A stretch of DNA of 29,543 nucleotides from Coleofasciculus sp. B1-GNL1-01 (GTDB lineage: Bacteria > Cyanobacteriota > Cyanobacteriia > Cyanobacteriales > Coleofasciculaceae), in assembly GCA_040220235.1 (NCBI GenBank), contig JAVJTO010000098.1; one strand, given 5' to 3'. Position 1 is the stretch's first letter, and every line of letters starts with the position of its first letter. The translations under genes and the position numbers were made by a program. Below are positions 18,620 through 26,472 of this stretch, piece by piece. The notes under the pieces were generated by a model. That model saw only the letters and a program-made list of their open reading frames with translations. It was not told the origin of the DNA and did no database searches.

Positions 18620-19021
18620 TCAGGAAAAATCCTCAGTTTGGCAAACTAATTTCCATATCGCCTCACCAACGCTACCGGAGGTAAAAAATTGTAACGGTTC
18701 ATCGTCGCTTAACTGGGTACGAGTGATCAATTCACCTTGAACATTAAAGCGAGCGATCGCGACAGGACGCCAAGCCCGCAGTGGACAAATCATCGCACTG
18801 TAAGTCTTTCGCGCTAATAGTCCTTGTTCATCCGGTTCTGGAAAGACAGACATCTGCCAGAACCAGACCGTATTATGGCGACGTTCGACAAATTCGGGGT
18901 CAACGTAGTAGTCAATATCATTGTGATCACGGGCAACAAATACCCACTGATCAGCCGCCGCAGGTAAAGTGGCGAAGAAGGTGGTGATGCTAGCTAGAAT
19001 TAGACGTCTGAGCCTCATCAA
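18620..19021 (-). CDS. Small secreted protein, possibly surface-adhesin-E-like
   Basis: Sec signal MMRLRRLILASITTFFATLPAAA-DQW; W...YYVD...VWFW...C...SGSVGEAIWKLVC pattern; starts 6 bp after the WD40 gene stop. Confidence 0.7.
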   Translation of the reverse strand: MMRLRRLILASITTFFATLPAAADQWVFVARDHNDIDYYVDPEFVERRHNTVWFWQMSVFPEPDEQGLLARKTYSAMICPLRAWRPVAIARFNVQGELITRTQLSDDEPLQFFTSGSVGEAIWKLVCQTEDFS

Positions 19022-19027
19022 GCGTCC

Positions 19028-21211
19028 TCACTCATCGCGATCGCATCCTAACTCTTGCAGTCGTTTCTCGTTTTCCACCCGCACCTGAGTATCATCACTA
19101 CCACTGGCGATTAGGATATTTCTCTTTAAAACATTTATATCAACACTATTGAATTTTTTGTTGTCAAATGACTGATCCACTTCGATACCACTTGAATAAT
19201 TTTCTGCTCGTTTACCCTGAGTCGTGAGGGGCCACAGCATTGTTCGTCCGTCATCGCCGCCACTGGCTAAGTAACAACCCCCGTTACTCAAAGCCACGGA
19301 TCGCACAGGTAGACTACCATGACCATTCGACCAGCGATCAAGAATTTCACAAGACTGATTATCTACCAAACAGGGTCGCATATCCCATAGAGTAATGATA
19401 CCTTGATTGTCAGATGTTGCCAAAAGATAGGGTTTTAATTTGGCAATATCCATGCTTAGTATATAGTCATCTTGTCCGCCTTCCTGTCCAGCTTGGTAGG
19501 TTACTTTACGCAGAGAATTATCTCCCAAGTTTAAAATGACTAACTGATTAAATCGTCCAGCAACGGCTAAATTCTGATTTCCTTGTCCTATAAACTTTAA
19601 TCCATAGACAGCAAAATCAAAGTTTAGCTCCAGAACGGGTTCTTTTGCAGGATCAAATTGCCCTATGTTTTGGTGTAAATCTTGATAAATGTCCCAGCCC
19701 AGCACCTTACCACTGCCATGACCGCTAAAAAGATAGCGAGAGTCTTCGGTAAACTCTAAGGCTAAGACACGATCATCTTTTTGGAAAACAAAGGAATCCA
19801 TTAATTTTGGAGTTTCTGCCAACAAATTTAACAGTTGAATTTCCCCATTTTCTAACCCCGCCGCGACGAAGTTGTTATCTACTGGTTTATAACGAATAAC
19901 GCGCACCGCTTTACCTGTATTGGCAATCTCATCTACTTCTGGATTCGCAAAGGGATTAAAAAAGCCATCGACTCGCCATTTAATTAAGGTTTGGTCATTG
20001 GAACCACTGACGACATTCTGGCTCATGCCATTAAATTGCACCGAATTCACTTCCGCCTGATGTCCAAATCTATTATTATTAGGATTAAGCCAAGAGAGTG
20101 CCCAAAGTAGGTATAAAATCAGGAGTCCGCCAGCGAAAAGTAACCAGGTTGGAATAATTGGATAAACATTCAGTTTTAAAAATTGACTCGTGGGATTAGT
20201 ATTTCCTAGACGCTGATCCGATAACGTCGCCATGGCTTCTAAAGAAAGTTCCTTTTTTCGACCCCATAAATGGCGTCGGGCTTGAACTCTCAGCAGTGCT
20301 TGAGCCGTTTGACCTGGATTCAATTCGGCGGGTTTATCCGGCAATTCTAATGTACATTCCTGTTGATCTTCACCCTGAATATTAACAGTAACCTGTTGCT
20401 GAAGATTGCTATGATTCTCAAATTCCAAGGTGTAGGGAACGGGTGGATTCCGCCAGTTGAGTATCCAAGCGCGTTTGGTGGGAATTTGCTGCTGTTTGGG
20501 AGTGGCGCTAAACTCAACCAACCCCATAGGTAAAACTTCTAACGTACCTTCCACTTGGGCGGGAGAACCATGGCGATGAGTCGCCGCGATCGCAAAGGGA
20601 TAAATCCGGCTGGGGGCTTGGGAAATGTCAGGAATTTGGCAAATAAATGTTTCAGTGACTTGTCCGTTTGGAGGTAGATATAACTGGCGTTCAGTTCCAT
20701 CAACAATCCAGGTTGGATCTAAGCCCGAAAGTTTCAACGTAACATGGGTTTCCAGTTGACTGGGATTATAAACTCGTACCGGAATTTCATCTTCATTTGC
20801 CGGATATTCTTGAAACTCCCGCACAGGCAAATCCAATTTTAACGGAATTGAACCCGTACCCTGTTCTAGAATCAACCGCAGCACTTCTCGGTCTTCATCT
20901 GGGAGTTCCATGGAGAAGACACGCACTGTTAGGTTCATCAATCCGACAAACCCGGGTACAGGATTATCGACAATCGCCACCTGAAAATGGGTAACGTCAC
21001 CCGGCGGCTTTTTGGTACTCACTTCTGGGGAGATCTTGTACCAATCTGGAAGCCGATCAGGATCAACTCCAGCCGCCGTAACTTCCACCTGAAAACTGGC
21101 AAAGCGATCGCTATCATTAACGACCTTAACTTCAAATGAAGCGGGTAGACCTCCAGGCTTAAATCGAAGTTGTTTTGGGGCAACCGTTGTATCAATTAAA
21201 TTATCTACCAT
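19028..21211 (-). CDS. CIS-associated membrane protein: about three Ig-like modules, one TM helix, C-terminal WD40 propeller
   Basis: Repeated V.V.N.S....L...W...L.P modules; TM IIPTWLLFAGGLLILYLLWALSWL (about 20086-20159); WD40 repeats GHQAEVNSVQF...SGSNDQT, LATSDNQGIITLWD, LASGGDDGRTMLW. Confidence 0.8.
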   Translation of the reverse strand: MVDNLIDTTVAPKQLRFKPGGLPASFEVKVVNDSDRFASFQVEVTAAGVDPDRLPDWYKISPEVSTKKPPGDVTHFQVAIVDNPVPGFVGLMNLTVRVFSMELPDEDREVLRLILEQGTGSIPLKLDLPVREFQEYPANEDEIPVRVYNPSQLETHVTLKLSGLDPTWIVDGTERQLYLPPNGQVTETFICQIPDISQAPSRIYPFAIAATHRHGSPAQVEGTLEVLPMGLVEFSATPKQQQIPTKRAWILNWRNPPVPYTLEFENHSNLQQQVTVNIQGEDQQECTLELPDKPAELNPGQTAQALLRVQARRHLWGRKKELSLEAMATLSDQRLGNTNPTSQFLKLNVYPIIPTWLLFAGGLLILYLLWALSWLNPNNNRFGHQAEVNSVQFNGMSQNVVSGSNDQTLIKWRVDGFFNPFANPEVDEIANTGKAVRVIRYKPVDNNFVAAGLENGEIQLLNLLAETPKLMDSFVFQKDDRVLALEFTEDSRYLFSGHGSGKVLGWDIYQDLHQNIGQFDPAKEPVLELNFDFAVYGLKFIGQGNQNLAVAGRFNQLVILNLGDNSLRKVTYQAGQEGGQDDYILSMDIAKLKPYLLATSDNQGIITLWDMRPCLVDNQSCEILDRWSNGHGSLPVRSVALSNGGCYLASGGDDGRTMLWPLTTQGKRAENYSSGIEVDQSFDNKKFNSVDINVLKRNILIASGSDDTQVRVENEKRLQELGCDRDE

Positions 21212-21289
21212 TTATTTTTTCCCTTACGTCCTAAACTCCCCCAGTTTCCCTGTTCCTTGACACATGACAAATGACGAATAACCAACACT

Positions 21290-22768
21290 CTACATTAACC
21301 TATCAAATAGCTCATCTCGGCGCGATGGTGCTGACGGGTTTGATGGATTGGAGGGGTGGGAAGGGGATGACGCCATCACCGTTGGTGGTGGCTGCTGTCC
21401 ACGGGTTAGTTGTCGGCGACGCCAAGCTAAATGCAAAATGTTAATCCCTAATTCCTGGGCTGTACGCATTACTTCACGGGGAATCAGTCGTTTTTCATTA
21501 ATTCCCCAAGCCTCCGATAAGTTACCGATCGCGACAATAATCCCCCCACCACTTAAGAGTTGAATCGGTTTTCTATTGATACGAGGTGTCGTGGCAAAAA
21601 GAAAGGGTTGAGTCCGCAGTAAGTCGTGACGGTCTAATTTTTCCAGTGGCGTTAATCGGATGCCTAGACTTTGGGCAAATTCTTGGAATCGACCCGCGAT
21701 TGAATTCTTGCGTCTGGCTAACTCTGTAGCAATCATCTCTCGTTCACTGACAATATCTTGTCGGCATTGCTTTAATCTAGTATCTGTATCAATAGTGGGA
21801 TTATTATCAAGTTGAGTTAATGACTGTTCGAGTTCTTGGTAAACGTTGCTCAGGTCTTTAATCGCATTGCCTTGTAGCCAATGTTTCAATCCTGATGACG
21901 CTTCAACTAAAACTGTACCTCCTGCTTGTAAATACTTTCGCAGAACCTCAAATTCAGAGTCTCCGAATACCTGAACTTGGCGATCTGTCATGAAAAATAA
22001 ATCATACTCTAAAATAGCTTGTAGCTCTGCTGATTGTAAACTAAATTGTCCGATTTCATCACTCCCCTGCAAGGCTGGATAAAGTCCAGCGGTTGATTGG
22101 AGAAGATAGGAAAGATTTGATAAAATACGCTCTTGTTCAGAGTCATCCACAGCTAACCCTTTGTACATGGCAACATGAACGATCGCCAGAGGTCTAGCTT
22201 GGGGCTGAAGACGGTAGCGCAAGTCCAACTGGTTATAGCTAGGGGAGAAACTATTGACGGGTGCTTCCAGTTTAACGGGTCCTGTTTTGAGAAGAATCCG
22301 GCACAGTTCCACATCCCCTTCTGTGGGTGGATTTGCCTTTTCATCAATCCGAAATGTTTCGACGATGCGATCGGTAACTCTACGGGTGCGTAATTCGGCG
22401 GGATCTCTAAATTTAACTACCAAATACACCATCAAGGGTTCTTCCGGAGTGGCTTCTGAAGAAATCCGATAGGACATGGGTTCTGGCACTACGATAAAAT
22501 TGCCAAATAAATCAATAGCAAGTCCCGGTTGAATTTCCACCCAACGTTCATCTCGGTATTTCGCCACAACATTAGCAGGTGCAGGAACAATATGCACCCC
22601 CAACCCAAAGACTATTCCGGGCTGATGCAGCGATTGGTAAAAGGTACTATGATACTGGCGGTGATAGTGGTGAGCTAACTGCCAACGTTGGGCATCAATG
22701 AGTAAGCCGTCTGTGACATGGAGACGCTCAAATTGTTGGAGAGATGGGGGAGGGAAATGGTTAGTCAT
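21290..22768 (-). CDS. CIS-associated DUF4159-like protein (candidate crown/baseplate accessory)
   Basis: N-terminal FERLHVTDGLLI...HQPGIVFGLGV...IQPGLAIDLFGNFIVVP (CIS/tail-collar-like). C-terminal LRKYLQAGGTVLVEA...PFLF...GGIIVAIGNLSEAWG...RTAQELGINIL. Central coiled coil. Confidence 0.75.
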   Translation of the reverse strand: MTNHFPPPSLQQFERLHVTDGLLIDAQRWQLAHHYHRQYHSTFYQSLHQPGIVFGLGVHIVPAPANVVAKYRDERWVEIQPGLAIDLFGNFIVVPEPMSYRISSEATPEEPLMVYLVVKFRDPAELRTRRVTDRIVETFRIDEKANPPTEGDVELCRILLKTGPVKLEAPVNSFSPSYNQLDLRYRLQPQARPLAIVHVAMYKGLAVDDSEQERILSNLSYLLQSTAGLYPALQGSDEIGQFSLQSAELQAILEYDLFFMTDRQVQVFGDSEFEVLRKYLQAGGTVLVEASSGLKHWLQGNAIKDLSNVYQELEQSLTQLDNNPTIDTDTRLKQCRQDIVSEREMIATELARRKNSIAGRFQEFAQSLGIRLTPLEKLDRHDLLRTQPFLFATTPRINRKPIQLLSGGGIIVAIGNLSEAWGINEKRLIPREVMRTAQELGINILHLAWRRRQLTRGQQPPPTVMASSPSHPSNPSNPSAPSRRDELFDRLM

Positions 22769-22812
22769 TGGTTATTGGTCATTAGTCATTGGTCATTAGT
22801 CATTGGTTATTT
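22764..22812. repeat. GTCATTG/GTCATTA heptamer STRR
   Basis: Read directly; fills the gap between two CIS-like genes. Confidence 0.8.
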
Positions 22813-22813
22813 A

Positions 22814-23851
22814 TTATTCAATATAGAGTTCATAGGTACAAAATGCGGGTTTTTCTTGTCGGATAATTTGATGAACTAATAATTCGTCAATTTGAGTGAG
22901 GGGTTCGGGACGTAGGCGGACAATGAAATGATAGGGTTGTCCGCCACCAATCAGGGAGTCTTGATTTAGGCGGGTGTTTCCCATCATAAATCCCTGACCA
23001 AACACTTCTTGAATACAAATATGCTTTTGCTCTTCGGGAAGATGGTCATCTAAGGGTAAGTCCGTAAATAAATGCAGGTAAAATCGTAATCCCCGGCGCG
23101 TCCCTCGCCAGCGATAAATCTCCATCGCCTGACGAATCAGATAGCGCTGTCGCTGTAGGCTTAAAGCGGGGTTGAGTTGCCAACCTACCCAATGTGCCAG
23201 AAACGGTAGAAGTGTCTCTGGTGTCATTAAGGGGTCGAGATACGCCCATAAAGCCTCCAGGGATTGTAAGGTGGGTTCAAAGGCTTGCTCGAAAATTTTC
23301 AGAAAGCGACCGATAAAATCGACTTCTTGATAAATTTCGGGTACAAAGTTTAGATATAAGCTATGAGGGCGAACATAGAGATTAAAGCTCGCTGATTCAA
23401 TATATTTGCTCCCCGTTCCCGATTGGCTGGAATAGACATAAATCTGACCGCGATAATCGAGACGGTGAGCGGGTTTAGCATCCCAATCCTGATTCGACTC
23501 AAAGAAATCGGCTGGCATATAAAAGCGAATCACGGCTTCCATGCGCCCCCCAGCAAGAAGTTCCCGCCCTTCCATTCCCAAACGATACCATTGGGAGGGA
23601 AAATCTCCCTGGATTTTAATATCTAAGTTTAAGGTTTGATTGCTGAGGTTTTCCAGTTCTAGCAGCAGTTCACTTGGTTCTCCCGGATAGAGAGTGAGGT
23701 AGCAACCGCGACGTTCTGTGTCCCGCGTGGCTTGGTTGAGTAAAGGTGCGGCTGACTCGCTTGACCCCGCAATCGGCTGGGGGGTGACCTCTGGCAACTG
23801 CATGGAGGTTAGTTGTAGACGTAAGGGTAATATATCGCGAGCTTGTGTCAT
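22814..23851 (-). CDS. Phage tail/baseplate wedge protein (P2 gpI / Afp12-like) with N-terminal Ig-like domain
   Basis: YLNFVPEIYQEVDFIGRFLKIFEQAF...LDPLMTPETLLPFLAHWVGW...IYRWRGTRRGLRFYLHLFT...IIRQEKPAFCTY. Confidence 0.88.
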   Translation of the reverse strand: MTQARDILPLRLQLTSMQLPEVTPQPIAGSSESAAPLLNQATRDTERRGCYLTLYPGEPSELLLELENLSNQTLNLDIKIQGDFPSQWYRLGMEGRELLAGGRMEAVIRFYMPADFFESNQDWDAKPAHRLDYRGQIYVYSSQSGTGSKYIESASFNLYVRPHSLYLNFVPEIYQEVDFIGRFLKIFEQAFEPTLQSLEALWAYLDPLMTPETLLPFLAHWVGWQLNPALSLQRQRYLIRQAMEIYRWRGTRRGLRFYLHLFTDLPLDDHLPEEQKHICIQEVFGQGFMMGNTRLNQDSLIGGGQPYHFIVRLRPEPLTQIDELLVHQIIRQEKPAFCTYELYIE

Positions 23852-23882
23852 ACTAAATCCAGGTTAACTCCCCCTGTTTTGG

Positions 23883-24106
23883 TAAGTCGGTGGGGACAAT
23901 TAACGTTAACGGTGGGGATCGTCATTTGTCATTCGTCTTATGTCTTATGTCTTATGTCTTATGGTCAGGGCGGGTTTTGTTGTTCCGTTATTGGTGGAGA
24001 GGGCGGGTTTTGTTGTTCCGTTATTGGTGGATAGCTGTCTTTAGTCCCTAAACCCGCCCCTACATTCCCTAAACCCGCCCCTACATTCCCTAAACCCGCC
24101 CCTACA
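23883..24106. repeat. Composite repeat: GTCTTAT STRR plus a REP doublet with duplicated left arm (2x about 33 bp) and triplicated right arm (3x21 bp)
   Basis: AGGGCGGGTTTTGTTGTTCCGTTATTGGTGGA x2; CCCTAAACCCGCCCCTACA x3. Confidence 0.88.
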
Positions 24107-24221
24107 CATTCAAATTAGGTAGTCTACTCTATTTAAGCCGAGCGACTCTACATCGTTCGGTCGGTGTATCTAATTGCTTATGCCATGGAGTGATTATAGC
24201 AGTGAATAACGACGGTTCAAC

Positions 24222-24362
24222 TCAGTAGGTTGGTGAAAATAAACTCAACTCTATTAAGTTGTGTAAATACCTCTCAAACCCTTACATAAGACGTAGCTGG
24301 CTCCTCATAGAAAGTAAGTATGATGCACTCTACTGTTAACTTTTATTGTGCCTACCGACTGA
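24222..24362. mobile_element. MITE-like element with imperfect TIRs and a nested short insert
   Basis: Left TCAGTAGGTTGGTGAAAATAAA versus right reverse complement TCAGTCGGTAGGCACAATAAAA; related ends at about 2325 and 23883. Confidence 0.55.
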
Positions 24363-24995
24363 TCATTTCTGTCCCTTGCAAGTGCCAGTACTAATCTGTT
24401 GATCAACTTCATTAACAATCAGGATAAAGCTGATAAACTCTGACCGTCGCTAACTATAGCTTGATCCTTCGGGTATAAGTGGAGAATGCGCGACACCTAT
24501 TCGGCTCACTCCAACACTGATTCCGCAAGTCCGATTAAGTTCTCTGTGTCAATCTGTGTCCCTCACTATTTAGTAGTCTGTCTGTGCCATTTCCTTGTCT
24601 GTGTACTCTGTGTTTTTGTCAATTCCTTGTAATAATTTTTATCCCAACTTTACCAAAATACATGCCTCCAAGGGAACGTTGGACGGGAGACGAAAACCAG
24701 AACTTATACAATGTTTTACCAAGATTCAAGGGGTTTAGCTGTATTGGAATTATTTTTGCACACAAAATATCCACCATAGATAATATACCTGAACATCGCA
24801 CATCTGGCTCACATTAGCTGAATTCCCTGATAATTCGTAGATTATTCCGGAAACAGAGTAAAAAACGAGCAATTATGATGTTGTGTTAAGACATCAAACA
24901 GATTTAAATATTCAAACTTTTTTTTGGGAAAGAATAGTTTGAATTATCAGAACTTGACAAGTGTAGCCCAAACAACCATAAAGAAAGCTAAAACA

Positions 24996-25325
24996 ATGTC
25001 TGTAGCTAAGAATACAACAGCCACAAATTGGTATGTCGTGAAGAGTCAACGTGATCTGATGAGTGCGATCGCCCAGTTACGACAGGTGCTGATAAGTCGG
25101 ATAGAGCAGCGTCAGGGGAAGGAGAAAGAACCGATCGCGATCGCGCCGCCAGAGGAGGAAGAAGATGCTCCACCCTCGGCGTTGACACAACTCTGTCATA
25201 TTGCCAAAATAGCGCGTTGGCGGAGCCTGTTCCGAAGAAACGTATCGCGCTATTTTGGCAAGTGCTACATGGGTACGGTTTTTGAGGTACTTGAGCGATC
25301 AAGCCCCTACGGTGTAAGGCTTTAG
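24996..25325 (+). pseudogene. Truncated N-terminus of a CIS-type (Afp15-like) AAA ATPase
   Basis: NW...QRDLMSAIAQLRQVL...PPSALTQLCH resembles the N-terminus of cyanobacterial CIS-associated ATPases as I recall it. Similarity stops at about 25203, where a palindrome begins. No Walker motifs. Confidence 0.55.
25201..25261. repeat. 34-bp HIP1-centred palindrome interrupted by a 27-nt SDR5-like insert
   Basis: TTGCCAAAATAGC-GCG-[TTGGCGGAGCCTGTTCCGAAGAAACGT]-ATCGC-GCTATTTTGGCAA. Confidence 0.8.
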
Positions 25326-25392
25326 CTTGGGTGTAGTACATCTGAATGGGGGGGATTTCAGATTAATCAACATTGGTTCGGCGACTTCCCCT

Positions 25393-25514
25393 CAGCTATT
25401 TTCAACTCAATGGGGTAAGCTTGATTTCTGATAGCCCAAAGCTTGCTTGTCACCCTATCAGAGTTGTTTTACTCACTGCTGCTACTGTAGTCTATCAACT
25501 TGAAAACCGCTGTA
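25393..25514. mobile_element. MITE-like element (CAGCGGTTTTCAA end family)
   Basis: Left CAGCTATTTTCAA versus right reverse complement CAGCGGTTTTCAA. Confidence 0.5.
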
Positions 25515-25685
25515 AATATATATGGGTATGAATTGAGAAGGGTGATTGGCTCAAATGCTTACATAGTCACGGTTTATGCTTCTATCCTTAATCGAGATGG
25601 GGGGAACTTCAGCTTAATAAAAAAGCCCGAAACCCTTGCGGTTACAGCATTGCTATTATGGGCAATTCACCGGACTTGATATAAT

Positions 25686-25728
25686 CTGTCATGCTGAACG
25701 AAATCCTTCACTTCGTTCAGCATGACAG
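25686..25728. repeat. Perfect 17-bp inverted repeat (GTCATGCTGAACGAA REP type); probable 3' hairpin of the oxidoreductase operon
   Basis: CTGTCATGCTGAACGAA-N9-TTCGTTCAGCATGACAG, 12 bp past the DUF1667 stop. Confidence 0.8.
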
Positions 25729-25740
25729 GCTCAATCTAAT

Positions 25741-26109
25741 TCAAGCGGCTGGCATGTCTCTGGTAGCAACCACATCCGCCCCTGTTTCCAAGGCATTCGC
25801 CAAAATCACCTCACCCATTTTCACAGGTGCAGTTAGTTTCACTTGACGCAGTGCTTGGCACAATTCCTGCATTTTTTCTTTAGGAATAGCCATACTCGTT
25901 TTCACCGGTAGTCTAGCCCAACGCCCGTCTTCTACCTGTACAGTAGTTGTTACCATACGGCGAGGTTCGGTATGTTCTTGTTTAGCATACTCTTGTCCCC
26001 GTTTGCAGTTAAAACCCCGCACTTCGACAATCTTGTTGTCTTCATCTTCAACTTCTAAACGGCAACCTAGAGGACAGCCAATACAAAGGTAATGAGTAAT
26101 TGTTGTCAT
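25741..26109 (-). CDS. DUF1667 family CxxC protein
   Basis: [20 protein letters not shown]...[14 protein letters not shown]...IPK, APVK.GEVI. Confidence 0.9.
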   Translation of the reverse strand: MTTITHYLCIGCPLGCRLEVEDEDNKIVEVRGFNCKRGQEYAKQEHTEPRRMVTTTVQVEDGRWARLPVKTSMAIPKEKMQELCQALRQVKLTAPVKMGEVILANALETGADVVATRDMPAA

Positions 26110-26138
26110 AATAAATACCTGGTGATTGCTGATTGTTT

Positions 26139-26270
26139 ATATCATGTCCGGTTAGAATACTTACACCATTGGTGGAGACAAGGCTCCAGGACAGATGGCA
26201 GATGGTAGAGGGGAAACAAGTAAGGTTGCCAGGGAGAAGTAAATGATAACTGACGATAAGGACATGATAT
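26139..26270. mobile_element. 132-bp MITE-like element with perfect 11-bp TIR
   Basis: ATATCATGTCC (26139-26149) and GGACATGATAT (26260-26270); related end CCGGACTTGATAT at about 25670. Confidence 0.65.
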
Positions 26271-26310
26271 GACTAGAGACTCCTTCGCCACCCTTGAGGG
26301 AACCTGGTTT

Positions 26311-26378
26311 GTAGGGGCGGGTTTAGGGACTTTCTTTTGGTTCATGATGGTAACGTTGGTACGAAACCCGCCCTGACT
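26311..26378. repeat. REP-doublet element (39-nt spacer), reverse orientation, close relative of the 4377 copy
   Basis: Reverse complement AGTCAGGGCGGGTTTCGTACCAACGTTACCATCATGAACCAAAAGAAAGTCCCTAAACCCGCCCCTAC. Confidence 0.85.
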
Positions 26379-26472
26379 CAATGTTGAGTTCACTCCCCCA
26401 TCTCCCAGACGCTTCTGTCATCACGTCTGGAACATCGCGCCCCATCTGCTCCATCTCCCGCACCTTACTCCT

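Noticed and set aside
19028..23851. Prophage
   Set aside because: No capsid, terminase, portal, integrase or lysis genes; the partner genes are CIS-type and carry host HIP1 and STRR signatures
23967..24106. Possible mini-CRISPR from the repeated CCCTAAACCCGCCCCTAC
   Set aside because: These are slippage duplications of REP arms, with no unique spacers between direct repeats
24584..24817. 77-aa (+) and 60-aa (-) ORFs upstream of the CIS module
   Set aside because: No recognisable domain or RBS, and low-complexity start; cannot be supported as CIS genes
24846..24851. Perfect DIF1 hexamer TCCGGA
   Set aside because: No GTA 18 nt downstream on either strand; a 6-mer is expected by chance
25006..25341. 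111-aa minus-strand ORF
   Set aside because: Antisense shadow of the ATPase fragment plus repeat sequence
26142..26393. 83-aa ORF inside the oxidoreductase operon
   Set aside because: Made almost entirely of a REP doublet and a MITE
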